Assembly: GCA_044356115.1 (NCBI GenBank)
Contig: JBIKWU010000001.1
Location: 1-49,791 of the forward strand
DNA: 49,791 nt
Direction of reading: 5' to 3'
From: Burkholderiaceae bacterium
GTDB lineage: Bacteria; Pseudomonadota; Gammaproteobacteria; Burkholderiales; Burkholderiaceae_E
Below, one piece after another: positions 38,275 to 47,023 of this stretch (its first letter is position 1; every line of letters starts with the position of its first letter). The notes below the pieces were generated by a model. It saw only the letters and a program-made list of their open reading frames with translations, searched no databases and was not told the DNA's origin. Made by a program: the position numbers and the translations under genes.

Positions 38275-40017
38275 ATGGCCCGACCTGCCAATCCGCCCGA
38301 TGTGCCGGCCCTCGCCGGGCTGACCGCTGCCGATGCCCGGTCGGTGCTCGACGGGCTCGGCGCCCATGTCTGCCTGCTCGATGCCCGGGGCGTCATCCTC
38401 GTCGTGAACCGGGCCTGGCGCGAGTTCGCGCTGGCCAACGGAGCACCGTCCGACGCCCGCCATGAAGGCACCAACTACCTGTCGGTGTGCGAGTCGGGTG
38501 GCGCCCTGGGCGAGGGGCCTGGCGATGCTCCCTCCTTCGCGTCCGGCCTGCGCGACGTGCTCGCCGGCCGCCGCGACGCGTTCGAGTTCGAATACCCCTG
38601 CCATTCCGACCGCGAGCAGCGCTGGTTCCTGGCGCGGGTCGCGCGGGTGCGCGACAGCGATCCGCCGCTGGTGGTGGTGGCCCACGACGACATCTCCGCG
38701 TTCAAGCGCACCCAACTCACGCTGGCCCGGCGCGAGGCGGTGCTCGCCGACCTCGCTGCCTCGATTCCCGGGGCGCTGTTCCGGCTGGCGGTGGCCGCTG
38801 ATGGCACGCTCGGCTACCGCTACCTGAGCCCGGGCGCCGCGGCATTGTTCGGCCTGGAGGCGGGCGTCCTCGCCGCCGACGCGCGGCGCATCGACGGGCA
38901 GGTGCTGCCCGAGGACCGCGCCGAGCGCGAGCGCAGCCTGCGGGCGGCGGCGGCGGCCGGCACCCGCTGGGAGAGCGAACACCGCATCCGGCTGGCCGAC
39001 GGCAGCGTGCGCTGGGTGCAGGCCCAGGCCCTGCCACGGCCCGATGGCGCGGGCGGCACGTTGTTCACCGGCCTGTTCAGCGACGTGACCGATCGGCGTC
39101 GCGCCGAGGAAGGCCTGCGGATCAGCGAGGAGACCTACCGGATGCTGTTCCAGACCATCCCGCTCGGGGTGGTCTATCACGACCGGCAGGGCCGCATCAC
39201 CTCGGCCAATCCGGCCGCCCAGCGCATCCTGGGCCTGAGCCTCGACCAGATGCAGGGACGTTCGCCGGTCGATGCCCGCTGGCGCGCGATCCGCGAGGAT
39301 GGCTCTGATTTCCCCCAGGACGCGCATCCCGCCATGCTGGCCATGCGCACCCGCCAGCCCGTGCGCGACGTGGTCATGGGGCTGTCGCTGCCCGAGCGCG
39401 GCTATGTCTGGATCATGGTCAACGCCGTGCCGGTCATCAAGGACGGTGAACTGGTCGAGGTCTATGCCAGCCTCGAGGACATCACCCAGCGGGTGCACCT
39501 GAGCCAGGAACTTCGCCAGCAGGCCACCACCGACTTCCTCACCGGCCTGGTCAACCGCCGCTACTTCATGGAGCGTCTCGAATCCGAGTTCTCGCGGGTG
39601 CGCCGGCACCCGCGTCACCAGACCTGCCTGCTGGCGCTCGACCTCGACCACTTCAAGCGGGTCAATGACACCCACGGCCATGCCGCGGGCGATCAGGTGT
39701 TGCGCCATGTCGCCGACCTGATGCGACAGACCGTGCGCCGCCCGGATGTGCTCGCGCGCAGCGGGGGCGAGGAGTTCCTGCTGCTGCTGCCCGATACCGG
39801 CCGCGACGCGGCGATGGCGCTGGCCGAGCGGATCCGCCGACGCATCGCGGCCTCGCCCACGCTGGTCGATGGCGTGCCGATCCCGGTCACCATCAGCATT
39901 GGCGTGAGCGCGCTCAACCCTGCCGACACCACCCGCGACGCGGTGCTGGCGCGTGCCGACGCCGCGCTCTACGAGGCCAAGCGCGCCGGCCGCGACGCGG
40001 TGCGGGTCGCCGGCTGA
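38275..40017 (+). CDS. Cytoplasmic diguanylate cyclase with three PAS domains
   Basis: Three PAS/PAC repeats, TDFLTGLVNRR, DLDHFKRVNDTHGHAAGD, I-site RRPD, GGEEF active site and ADAALYEAK. Confidence 0.93.
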   Translation: MARPANPPDVPALAGLTAADARSVLDGLGAHVCLLDARGVILVVNRAWREFALANGAPSDARHEGTNYLSVCESGGALGEGPGDAPSFASGLRDVLAGRRDAFEFEYPCHSDREQRWFLARVARVRDSDPPLVVVAHDDISAFKRTQLTLARREAVLADLAASIPGALFRLAVAADGTLGYRYLSPGAAALFGLEAGVLAADARRIDGQVLPEDRAERERSLRAAAAAGTRWESEHRIRLADGSVRWVQAQALPRPDGAGGTLFTGLFSDVTDRRRAEEGLRISEETYRMLFQTIPLGVVYHDRQGRITSANPAAQRILGLSLDQMQGRSPVDARWRAIREDGSDFPQDAHPAMLAMRTRQPVRDVVMGLSLPERGYVWIMVNAVPVIKDGELVEVYASLEDITQRVHLSQELRQQATTDFLTGLVNRRYFMERLESEFSRVRRHPRHQTCLLALDLDHFKRVNDTHGHAAGDQVLRHVADLMRQTVRRPDVLARSGGEEFLLLLPDTGRDAAMALAERIRRRIAASPTLVDGVPIPVTISIGVSALNPADTTRDAVLARADAALYEAKRAGRDAVRVAG

Positions 40018-40062
40018 GCACGCGTCAGTCGCGTCCTCTCGTTGCGCCCGCGGAGGCCGACC

Positions 40063-41577
40063 ATGCCCATCCATCTCCAGCCCGACGAACTTGCCCGCCT
40101 GGCGCATGCCGATGAACTGCGGCTGCGTCTGCCGATCCCCTCGCGCCCCGTGTCGAGCGACGAGTTCATGCCCGCCCCGCAGAGTCCGCAGCAGCGGCGC
40201 TTCGAGGCCCGCGCGCTCGCCTACGGCCGCGAGTTCGCGAGTCACCAGGGCGTGAGCCGGCGGCGCTTCTTCCAGAGCGCGGCCGGCATGGCCGCCGCCT
40301 TCCTGGCCATGAACGACACCTGGGGGCCGCTGTTCGCGGTGTCGCGCGCCGAGGCCGCCACCCCCGAGATGGCGAGCGCCCGCGCCGCGGCGCTGTCGGG
40401 CCAGTTCATCATGGACATGCACACCCATTTCCTCCACGACCAGACCCGGCTCGCGGGCTTCATCCGCTCGCGCGAGGCGGTGGGTCGCGCCGGCTGGAAT
40501 CCGGCGCTCACGGGCAAGCCGCAGACCCTGGAGGACCTGAAGTACGCGAACTACTTCAAGGAGGTCTTCCTCGACTCCGACACCCAGGTCGCGCTGATCA
40601 GCGGCTCGGCCTCGCACGATCCGATCGACTGGTTCCTGAGCAACGATCAGAAGCGCGATGCGCGGGCCCGCATCAACGCCACCGCGGGCGGCACCCGCCG
40701 CGCGTTCTCGCACCTCATCTTCACGCCCGGGGTGCCCGGCGCGCTCGAGCGCTTCGAGCGGGAACTGGTGGAACTCGCGCCCGACGCCATCAAGGGCTAC
40801 ACCATCGGCGACAACACCAACAAGCCGATGGCGCGCTGGCCCTGGCGCATGGACGACGAGAAGCTCGCCTACCCCTACTACGAGCGCGCGTTGCGCGCCG
40901 GCATCCGCAATGTCTGCGTGCACAAGGGGCTGTTCCCGCCGCACACCGAGCAGCAGTTCCCGCATCTGCTGCCGTACTGCCGGGTGGACGACGTGGCCCG
41001 CGCGGCGCGCGACTGGCCGCAACTCAACTTCATCATCTACCACTCGGCCTACCGTTACGCGGCCGGTGGACGCCCCGAGGATGCCTGGGCGCAGGTGCAG
41101 GCAAGCGGCCGGGTCGACTGGGTGACCGACCTGGCCGAGATTCCCTCGCGCCATGGCGTGAGCAACGTCTACGGCGACCTCGGCCAGATCTTCGCCCAGA
41201 GCACCATGGCCGACCCGAAGCTGGCCGCCTTCATGATGGGCACGCTCATCCGCGGCCTGGGCGTGGAGCGGGTGGTGTGGGGCACCGACGCGATCTGGAC
41301 CGGGTCGCCGCAGTGGCAGATCGAGGCACTGCGCCGCCTGGAGATCCCCGAGGACATGCAGCGCCGCCACGGCTTCACGCCGCTCGGGCCGGCCGACGGC
41401 CCGGTCAAGAACGCGATCTTCGGCGGCAACAATGCCCGCCTCTACGGCTACACCGAGGCGCAGCGTCAGGCGCTGACCGGCGACCGCCTGAGCGCGGCGC
41501 GGCTTGCCTACCAGAAGGCCGGCACCTCGCGCTCGAACCTCGCCTACGGCTTCGTGGCCCGCGAACGACCGGCCTGA
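40063..41577 (+). CDS. Amidohydrolase (TIM-barrel metal-dependent hydrolase, Amidohydro_2-like)
   Basis: GGAGG RBS. DMHTH, VHKG, IYHSA, NVYGDLG, WGTD and KNAIFGGNNARLY. Confidence 0.88.
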   Translation: MPIHLQPDELARLAHADELRLRLPIPSRPVSSDEFMPAPQSPQQRRFEARALAYGREFASHQGVSRRRFFQSAAGMAAAFLAMNDTWGPLFAVSRAEAATPEMASARAAALSGQFIMDMHTHFLHDQTRLAGFIRSREAVGRAGWNPALTGKPQTLEDLKYANYFKEVFLDSDTQVALISGSASHDPIDWFLSNDQKRDARARINATAGGTRRAFSHLIFTPGVPGALERFERELVELAPDAIKGYTIGDNTNKPMARWPWRMDDEKLAYPYYERALRAGIRNVCVHKGLFPPHTEQQFPHLLPYCRVDDVARAARDWPQLNFIIYHSAYRYAAGGRPEDAWAQVQASGRVDWVTDLAEIPSRHGVSNVYGDLGQIFAQSTMADPKLAAFMMGTLIRGLGVERVVWGTDAIWTGSPQWQIEALRRLEIPEDMQRRHGFTPLGPADGPVKNAIFGGNNARLYGYTEAQRQALTGDRLSAARLAYQKAGTSRSNLAYGFVARERPA

Positions 41578-41683
41578 AGCCCCGGTGCCATCGCGGCCAC
41601 CCGCGCGGCGGCGGTGGCGCGACATAGAATCGCGCCGCTGCGCTCCCTTCATCCCGCTCCCCAGGCTTTTCCAGGAGAACCCC

Positions 41684-42721
41684 GTGTCGCGCCTGCCCGT
41701 TTCCCGTTCCACCCCCGATGCCGGCTCGCCGGCCGTGCCCTCGTCCGGCCAGCCGCGCCGCAAGGCCCTGCAGGCCGCGGGCGCCCTGGCGCTGGGGGCT
41801 GCCTTGCCCGGCCTGGCCCGCGCGCAGTCCGACTGGCCGCGCCAGTCGGTGCGGCTGGTGGTGCCCTTCCCGGCGGGCGGTGGCGCTGATCTCGGCGCCC
41901 GCGCGGTGGCCGTGCACCTGGGCAATGCCTTCGGCAAGCCGGTGGTGGTGGAGAACCGCGCCGGCGCCGACGGCGCAGTGGCCGCGCTGGAGGTGAAGCG
42001 CTCCGCGCCCGATGGTCACACCCTGTTCTTCGGGACGGCCACCTCGATGTCGTATGTGCCTTCGCTCAAGCGCGAGCCCCCGTACGACCCGGTGGCCGAT
42101 TTCACGCCGATCTCCACCTTCTGCATCTTCACGTTCTACCTGATGGTGGCGCCGAACCTGCCGGTGCGCACCCTGGCCGAGCTGGTGGCGCATGTGAAGG
42201 CCAACCCCGGCAAATTCGCCTATGCCACCGGCAACAGCACCGGCATCCTGAGCATGGGCCAGCTCGCGCGCCAGAACGGCCTGGACATGACCCATGTGCC
42301 CTACAAGGGCGAGTCGCAGGCGGCCATCGATCTGATCGGCGGGCGGGTGCAGATGATGTTCGCCACGCCCGCGGTCATGCCCCAGCTGCTCAAGGAGAAG
42401 TTCCGGCCGGTGGCGGTGCTGCTGCCGCGGCGCACCACCACCATGCCCGAGGTGCCCACCATGGCCGAGGCCGGCCAGCCGCTGGTCAACATCTCGCCCT
42501 GGGGCGGCCTGTTCGCCCCGGCACGCCTGCCGGCTGATCTGGTCGAGCGCATCTCCCGTGACTTCAATGTCGTCATGCGGCGCGCCGACGTGGCCGAGCA
42601 GTACGAGAAGCTGGGCCTCTTCCCCACCCCGTCCACGCCGCAAGTGATGGCCGACGTGCTGCGTCAGCAACTCGCCGTCTGGGACCGCACCATGCGCGAG
42701 TTGGGCATCGCCCGGGAGTGA
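41684..42721 (+). CDS. Bug/TctC substrate-binding protein
   Basis: AGGAG RBS before GTG 41684. RRKALQ leader, WPRQSVRLVVPFPAGGGAD, ENRAGA, PDGHTL and HVPYKG. Confidence 0.93.
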   Translation: MSRLPVSRSTPDAGSPAVPSSGQPRRKALQAAGALALGAALPGLARAQSDWPRQSVRLVVPFPAGGGADLGARAVAVHLGNAFGKPVVVENRAGADGAVAALEVKRSAPDGHTLFFGTATSMSYVPSLKREPPYDPVADFTPISTFCIFTFYLMVAPNLPVRTLAELVAHVKANPGKFAYATGNSTGILSMGQLARQNGLDMTHVPYKGESQAAIDLIGGRVQMMFATPAVMPQLLKEKFRPVAVLLPRRTTTMPEVPTMAEAGQPLVNISPWGGLFAPARLPADLVERISRDFNVVMRRADVAEQYEKLGLFPTPSTPQVMADVLRQQLAVWDRTMRELGIARE

Positions 42722-42728
42722 GCGCGGC

Positions 42729-44312
42729 TCAGGCGCGCAGGCTGATCACCAGCGCCGCCGCGAGGCCCGTGGCCAGCGGCGGCAGCGCCAGCGGCCAGGC
42801 TCGGCGATAGAGCGCGGCCTCGACCGCGCCCAGGCCGAGCACCGCGGTGCCCATCGACACCCGCATCGGCGAGAGCATCGACAGGTTGGCCGACACGCTG
42901 GTCTGCACCGCGGCGATCCAGCCGGGGTCGGCTCCCAGTCCGCGCGCCAGCGCGATGTCCAGAGGCATGAGCATGGCCGCGGCCGCGGCCGCGCTGCCGG
43001 TGAGAAAGCCGCCCATGGCCGCGAGCAGCGGCACGCCCAGCAGCGCCCAGCGCTGCGCCAGTTCGGCCAGCGAGTCGGCCAGCGCCTGCGCCATGCCCGA
43101 GCCGAGATAGCACTGCGCCATCAGCATGAAGCTCGCGGTCACGGCGCAGGACCGCCAGGCGCCGCGCGCGGTGCCGATCGCCAGCGCCCCTGGCGCGGCC
43201 CGCGCGGCCAGCGCCACCCCGAGGGCCACGGCGATCACCCACAGCCCCGGCGCGTAGAAGGGCGCGAAGCCTGGCTTGCCGGGCAGGGGCGAGATCACCG
43301 CCAGCGTGGCCAGCAGGTCGCGCAGCGGCGCGATCAGCCGAGTGGCGCACAGCACGAGCACCAGCGCGACCGAGGGGGCGCTCGCGCGCAGCGCCGCGAT
43401 CAGCGCGGCACGATCGGGGCGACGGTCGCGCCAGAAGCGCAGGGCGAGCAGCGCGGCGCAGGGCGCGGCGGCCGCGATCTCCGGATCGCTGTGGTGGTTG
43501 GTGAGCGCCACCAGCGCGATCAGCAGCGCGGTCCAGGCGATGTCGTCGCGCTTCTGGGCCGCCGCGATCGGCACGCCGGCCTGCCGCGCGAAGCGCCAGT
43601 AGAGCGGCAGATAGAGCGCGTGGACGCCGGCCTGCAGCAGCGCGGTGCGAAGGCCGAGATCGCTGGCCTGCATGCCCGCGATCGCCGCGCCGGCCGAGGT
43701 GCCCACCGCCAGCGCGCCCCAGGGCACCAGCGACTGGCTGAACAGCCCGAGCACCAGCGCGGGCAGGCCCTGCAGGCCGAGCGCGCGCAGCGCCGCCAGC
43801 GCGATCAGGTAGCCCACGCCGAAGCCGGTGACCGCCTCGGCAAACGGCGCGAGCAGGAAGCACAGCGCCCACAGGCGGCGCGGATCGATGGGAGCGGCCG
43901 GCGCGACGCCACCGGCCTCGCCGCGCGCGGGCTGGCCGGCGGGCGAATCCCCGGGTGGCGCGTCGCGCGCCGGGGCAGTCGCCGACGAGGCAGCAGCCGA
44001 CGGAGCCGTTGCCGATGACGATGGCCCCGGGGCCAGCCGGGCCTGATAGGCCTGCCCCGCGTGATGGAAGAACACCCCCGGCACGATGATCGCCAGCACG
44101 GGCCAGGCCAGCCACAGGCCGGCCGGCAGCTCGCGCGCGAGCAGGGCAGCGGCCGCAGGCCAGCCCCCGGCCTGCAGCGCCAGCCAGAGCGCGGCGGCGA
44201 GCGCCGCGGCCAGCCCCGCCAGCCCGGCGCCCAGCGCCTGCAGCCGGCCGCTGCCGAGCAGGGCCAGCACCAGCAGCAGCGGAAATGGGGCGAGGAGGGC
44301 GGCGGCGGTCAT
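42729..44312 (-). CDS. L-lactate/glycolate permease family (LctP-like)
   Basis: Highly hydrophobic. FAEAVTGFG, VPWGALAV, SGMA..LA, GGFLTGS and MLSPMR match lactate permease motifs. Confidence 0.75.
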   Translation of the reverse strand: MTAAALLAPFPLLLVLALLGSGRLQALGAGLAGLAAALAAALWLALQAGGWPAAAALLARELPAGLWLAWPVLAIIVPGVFFHHAGQAYQARLAPGPSSSATAPSAAASSATAPARDAPPGDSPAGQPARGEAGGVAPAAPIDPRRLWALCFLLAPFAEAVTGFGVGYLIALAALRALGLQGLPALVLGLFSQSLVPWGALAVGTSAGAAIAGMQASDLGLRTALLQAGVHALYLPLYWRFARQAGVPIAAAQKRDDIAWTALLIALVALTNHHSDPEIAAAAPCAALLALRFWRDRRPDRAALIAALRASAPSVALVLVLCATRLIAPLRDLLATLAVISPLPGKPGFAPFYAPGLWVIAVALGVALAARAAPGALAIGTARGAWRSCAVTASFMLMAQCYLGSGMAQALADSLAELAQRWALLGVPLLAAMGGFLTGSAAAAAAMLMPLDIALARGLGADPGWIAAVQTSVSANLSMLSPMRVSMGTAVLGLGAVEAALYRRAWPLALPPLATGLAAALVISLRA

Positions 44313-44320
44313 GCGCCGGT

Positions 44321-44328
44321 AGCATAAT
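44321..44328. promoter_or_regulatory. Overlapping divergent -10 hexamers (TATGCT on -, CATAAT on +)
   Basis: AGCATAAT is the only AT-rich patch in the 77-bp gap between the permease and GGT genes. Confidence 0.45.
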
Positions 44329-44389
44329 CCCGGCTCCGCGACCCACCCATGACGCCGGCCCCGCGCGGGCATCCGGCGCACCGCTTCCC

Positions 44390-46012
44390 ATGCAGATCCT
44401 CACTGGCCGCCCGGTCACCATGGCCCCCTCGGGCATGGTCGCCTGCCCTCACTCCCTGGCCTCGCAGGCCGGGGTCGATGTGCTGCGTGCCGGCGGGTCG
44501 GCGGTGGACGCGGCGGTGGCGGCGAGCAGCACGCTTGCGGTCATCTACCCGCACATGACCGGCGTGGGCGGCGATGCCTTCTGGCTCATCCACGACGCCG
44601 CCACCGGCTCGGTGAGCTATCTCGACGGCGGCGGCCGCGCCGCGGCCAGCGGCACGATCGAGCGTTTCACCGCGCAGGGGCTGCGCGAGATCCCGCTGCG
44701 CGGCATCCTGCCGGCCACGCTCACCACCCCCGGCGCGGTGTCCAGCTGGGTGGCCGCGCAGGCGCGCTTCGGCCGGGTGCCGCTGGGCCGTTGCCTGGAA
44801 AGCGCGATCGGCTATGCGCGCGACGGCTTTCCGGTGACTGGCCGGCTGGCCGGCTGGATCGCCGACACCACCGCCGACCTGGCCGCGCAGCCCGATGCCG
44901 CGGCGCTGTTCCTGCCGCAGGGGCAGGTGCCGCGTGCCGGCAGCCTGCTGCGCAACCCCGGTCTGGCGCGCACGCTGAGCGCGCTGGCCGAGGGCGGCCA
45001 CGAGGGCTTCTACGGAGGCCCCGTCGGTGAGGCGCTGGCCCGCTACTCGCGCGCGCACGGCGGCTTCTTCGACGCGGCCGACCTGCGCGCCCAGCAGGCC
45101 CGCTGGGGCGAGCCGATCCGTGGCCGTTACCGCGACCTCACCCTGTACGAGACGCCGGCGCCCACCCAGGGCTTCACGGTGCTCGAGATGCTCAACCTGC
45201 TCGAGCCCTTCGAACTGCACCGCCGTCCCTACCTGGGGCCCGATCACGCCCACCTCATGGTGCAGGCCAAGCAGCTCGCTTACCACGATCGCGACCGCTA
45301 CCTCGCGGACCCGCGCTTTGCCGAGGTGCCCATCGAGCGGCTCATCTCGCGCGCCCATGCCGACAGCCGCCGCGGCCTGATGGACCCGGTGCGCGCGCTG
45401 CCCTGGGACCGCATCCCCTCCGAAGGCAGCCTGGCCGGCGACACGGTGTTCATCGCCGCGGTCGATGCGCAGGGCAATGCCGCGGCGCTCATCAACAGTC
45501 TCTACGGTGTGTTCGGCTCCTGCGTGGTGGCCGGCGACACCGGCGTGGTGCTGCAGAACCGCAGCGCCTACTTCTCGCTCGACCCCGCGCATCCCAACTG
45601 CCTCGCGCCGGGCAAGACGCCGCTGCACACCCTGATCGCCTCCATGGGGTTCCGCAATGACCGGCTGTGGGGCGTGGTCGGCTGCATGGGCGCCGACGGT
45701 CAGCCGCAGATCCACGCCCAGACCTGGGTGTCGATGATCGATCACGGCCGCGACATCCAGGAGGCGGTGGAGGCGCCGCGCTGGCTGTCGGGCCGCTTCG
45801 GCATGGGCGAGGCCCGCGACACCCTGCACATCGAGTCGCGCTTCCCGGCCGAGACCATCGCCGAGCTCGAGCGGCGCGGTCATCTGCTCGATCGCTGGGG
45901 CCCGTTCAACGAGAAGGCCGGCCACGCGCACGGCATCGTGATCGACCCGGTGAGCGGCATGCGCCTGGGCGGCTCCGATCCGCGCAGCGATGGCGCGGCC
46001 ATCGGCTACTGA
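44390..46012 (+). CDS. ggt: Gamma-glutamyltransferase / Ntn-hydrolase family, cytoplasmic (YwrD/HpxW-like)
   Basis: GGSAVDAAVA, PHMTGVGGDAF, TPGAV, autoprocessing GD|TVFIAAVD, LQNR, APGKTPLHTL, MGADGQPQ and GGSDPRSDG. No signal peptide. Confidence 0.9.
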   Translation: MQILTGRPVTMAPSGMVACPHSLASQAGVDVLRAGGSAVDAAVAASSTLAVIYPHMTGVGGDAFWLIHDAATGSVSYLDGGGRAAASGTIERFTAQGLREIPLRGILPATLTTPGAVSSWVAAQARFGRVPLGRCLESAIGYARDGFPVTGRLAGWIADTTADLAAQPDAAALFLPQGQVPRAGSLLRNPGLARTLSALAEGGHEGFYGGPVGEALARYSRAHGGFFDAADLRAQQARWGEPIRGRYRDLTLYETPAPTQGFTVLEMLNLLEPFELHRRPYLGPDHAHLMVQAKQLAYHDRDRYLADPRFAEVPIERLISRAHADSRRGLMDPVRALPWDRIPSEGSLAGDTVFIAAVDAQGNAAALINSLYGVFGSCVVAGDTGVVLQNRSAYFSLDPAHPNCLAPGKTPLHTLIASMGFRNDRLWGVVGCMGADGQPQIHAQTWVSMIDHGRDIQEAVEAPRWLSGRFGMGEARDTLHIESRFPAETIAELERRGHLLDRWGPFNEKAGHAHGIVIDPVSGMRLGGSDPRSDGAAIGY

Positions 46013-46021
46013 GGCAGGGCC

Positions 46022-47023
46022 ATGACCCGGCCGGTGGTGCTGCTCACCAATCCGATCGACCCGCCGGCGCGCGAGCGTCTGGCGCAGCAGGCACAGGTGG
46101 TGCTCGCGCCGGCCGATGACCCCGCCACGCTGCGCGAGGCCCTGATCGCGCACAGTCCGCATGCGCTGATCGTGCGGGCCATGCTGCCCGCCGATCTGTG
46201 CGCGCTGGCGCCGCGACTGCTCGCGGCCGTGCGCCACGGCGCCGGCGTCGATCTCATCCCGGTGAGCGCGGCCACCGAGGCCGGCGTGATCGTGGCCAAC
46301 GTGCCGGGCGCCAATGCCGCCACGGTGGCCGAGTACGCGGTCGCGCAGATGCTGCGGCTGGCCCGCGGCCTCGAGCGCATCGAGGACGGGCTGCGCGCGC
46401 CGGGCTGGGCCGCGGTGCGCGGCCTGGCCGATGCCGGGCGCGAGCTTGCCGGCGCCACCCTGGGCATCGTCGGCATGGGCGCGATCGGCGCGCACCTCGC
46501 GCGCATCGCCAGCCAGGGCTTCGGCATGCGGGTGCTCGGGCACCGGCGCAGCGCCGCGCCCATGCCCGAGGGCGTGACGCCGGCCGGGCTCGACGCGCTG
46601 CTCGCCGCCAGCGACTGGGTGGTGCTGGCCTGCCCGCTTACCGAGCAGACGCGTGGCCTGATCGATGCCCGGCGGCTCGCGCTCATGCCGCCCGGGGCGG
46701 TGCTGGTCAATGTGTCGCGCGGGGCGGTCATCGACGAACCGGCGCTGATCGAATCGTTGCGTGCCGGCCACCTGGGCGGCGCGGTGCTCGATGTGTTCGC
46801 CACGCAGCCGCTGCCGGCCGACTCGCCCCTGCGCGCGCTGCCGGGCGTGCTGCTCTCGCCGCACGTCGCCGGCATCAGCGCCGACAGCATGCGGCGCATG
46901 TCGGCCGCGGCGGTCGATCAGGTGATCGCGGTGCTGCAGGGCCGCCCGCCGGCGCACTTCATCAACCCCGAGGTCTGGCCCGCGCGCCGGGCCAACCCCT
47001 TTGCGGAGGCAGCGCGTCCATGA
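46022..47023 (+). CDS. D-isomer-specific 2-hydroxyacid dehydrogenase family
   Basis: RHGAGVDLIP, NAATVAE, GMGAIG, NVSRGAVIDE, LDVF and SPHVAG. Confidence 0.92.
   Translation: MTRPVVLLTNPIDPPARERLAQQAQVVLAPADDPATLREALIAHSPHALIVRAMLPADLCALAPRLLAAVRHGAGVDLIPVSAATEAGVIVANVPGANAATVAEYAVAQMLRLARGLERIEDGLRAPGWAAVRGLADAGRELAGATLGIVGMGAIGAHLARIASQGFGMRVLGHRRSAAPMPEGVTPAGLDALLAASDWVVLACPLTEQTRGLIDARRLALMPPGAVLVNVSRGAVIDEPALIESLRAGHLGGAVLDVFATQPLPADSPLRALPGVLLSPHVAGISADSMRRMSAAAVDQVIAVLQGRPPAHFINPEVWPARRANPFAEAARP

Noticed and set aside
38164-41937. 1257-aa minus-strand ORF
   Set aside because: Antisense shadow of the diguanylate cyclase and amidohydrolase.
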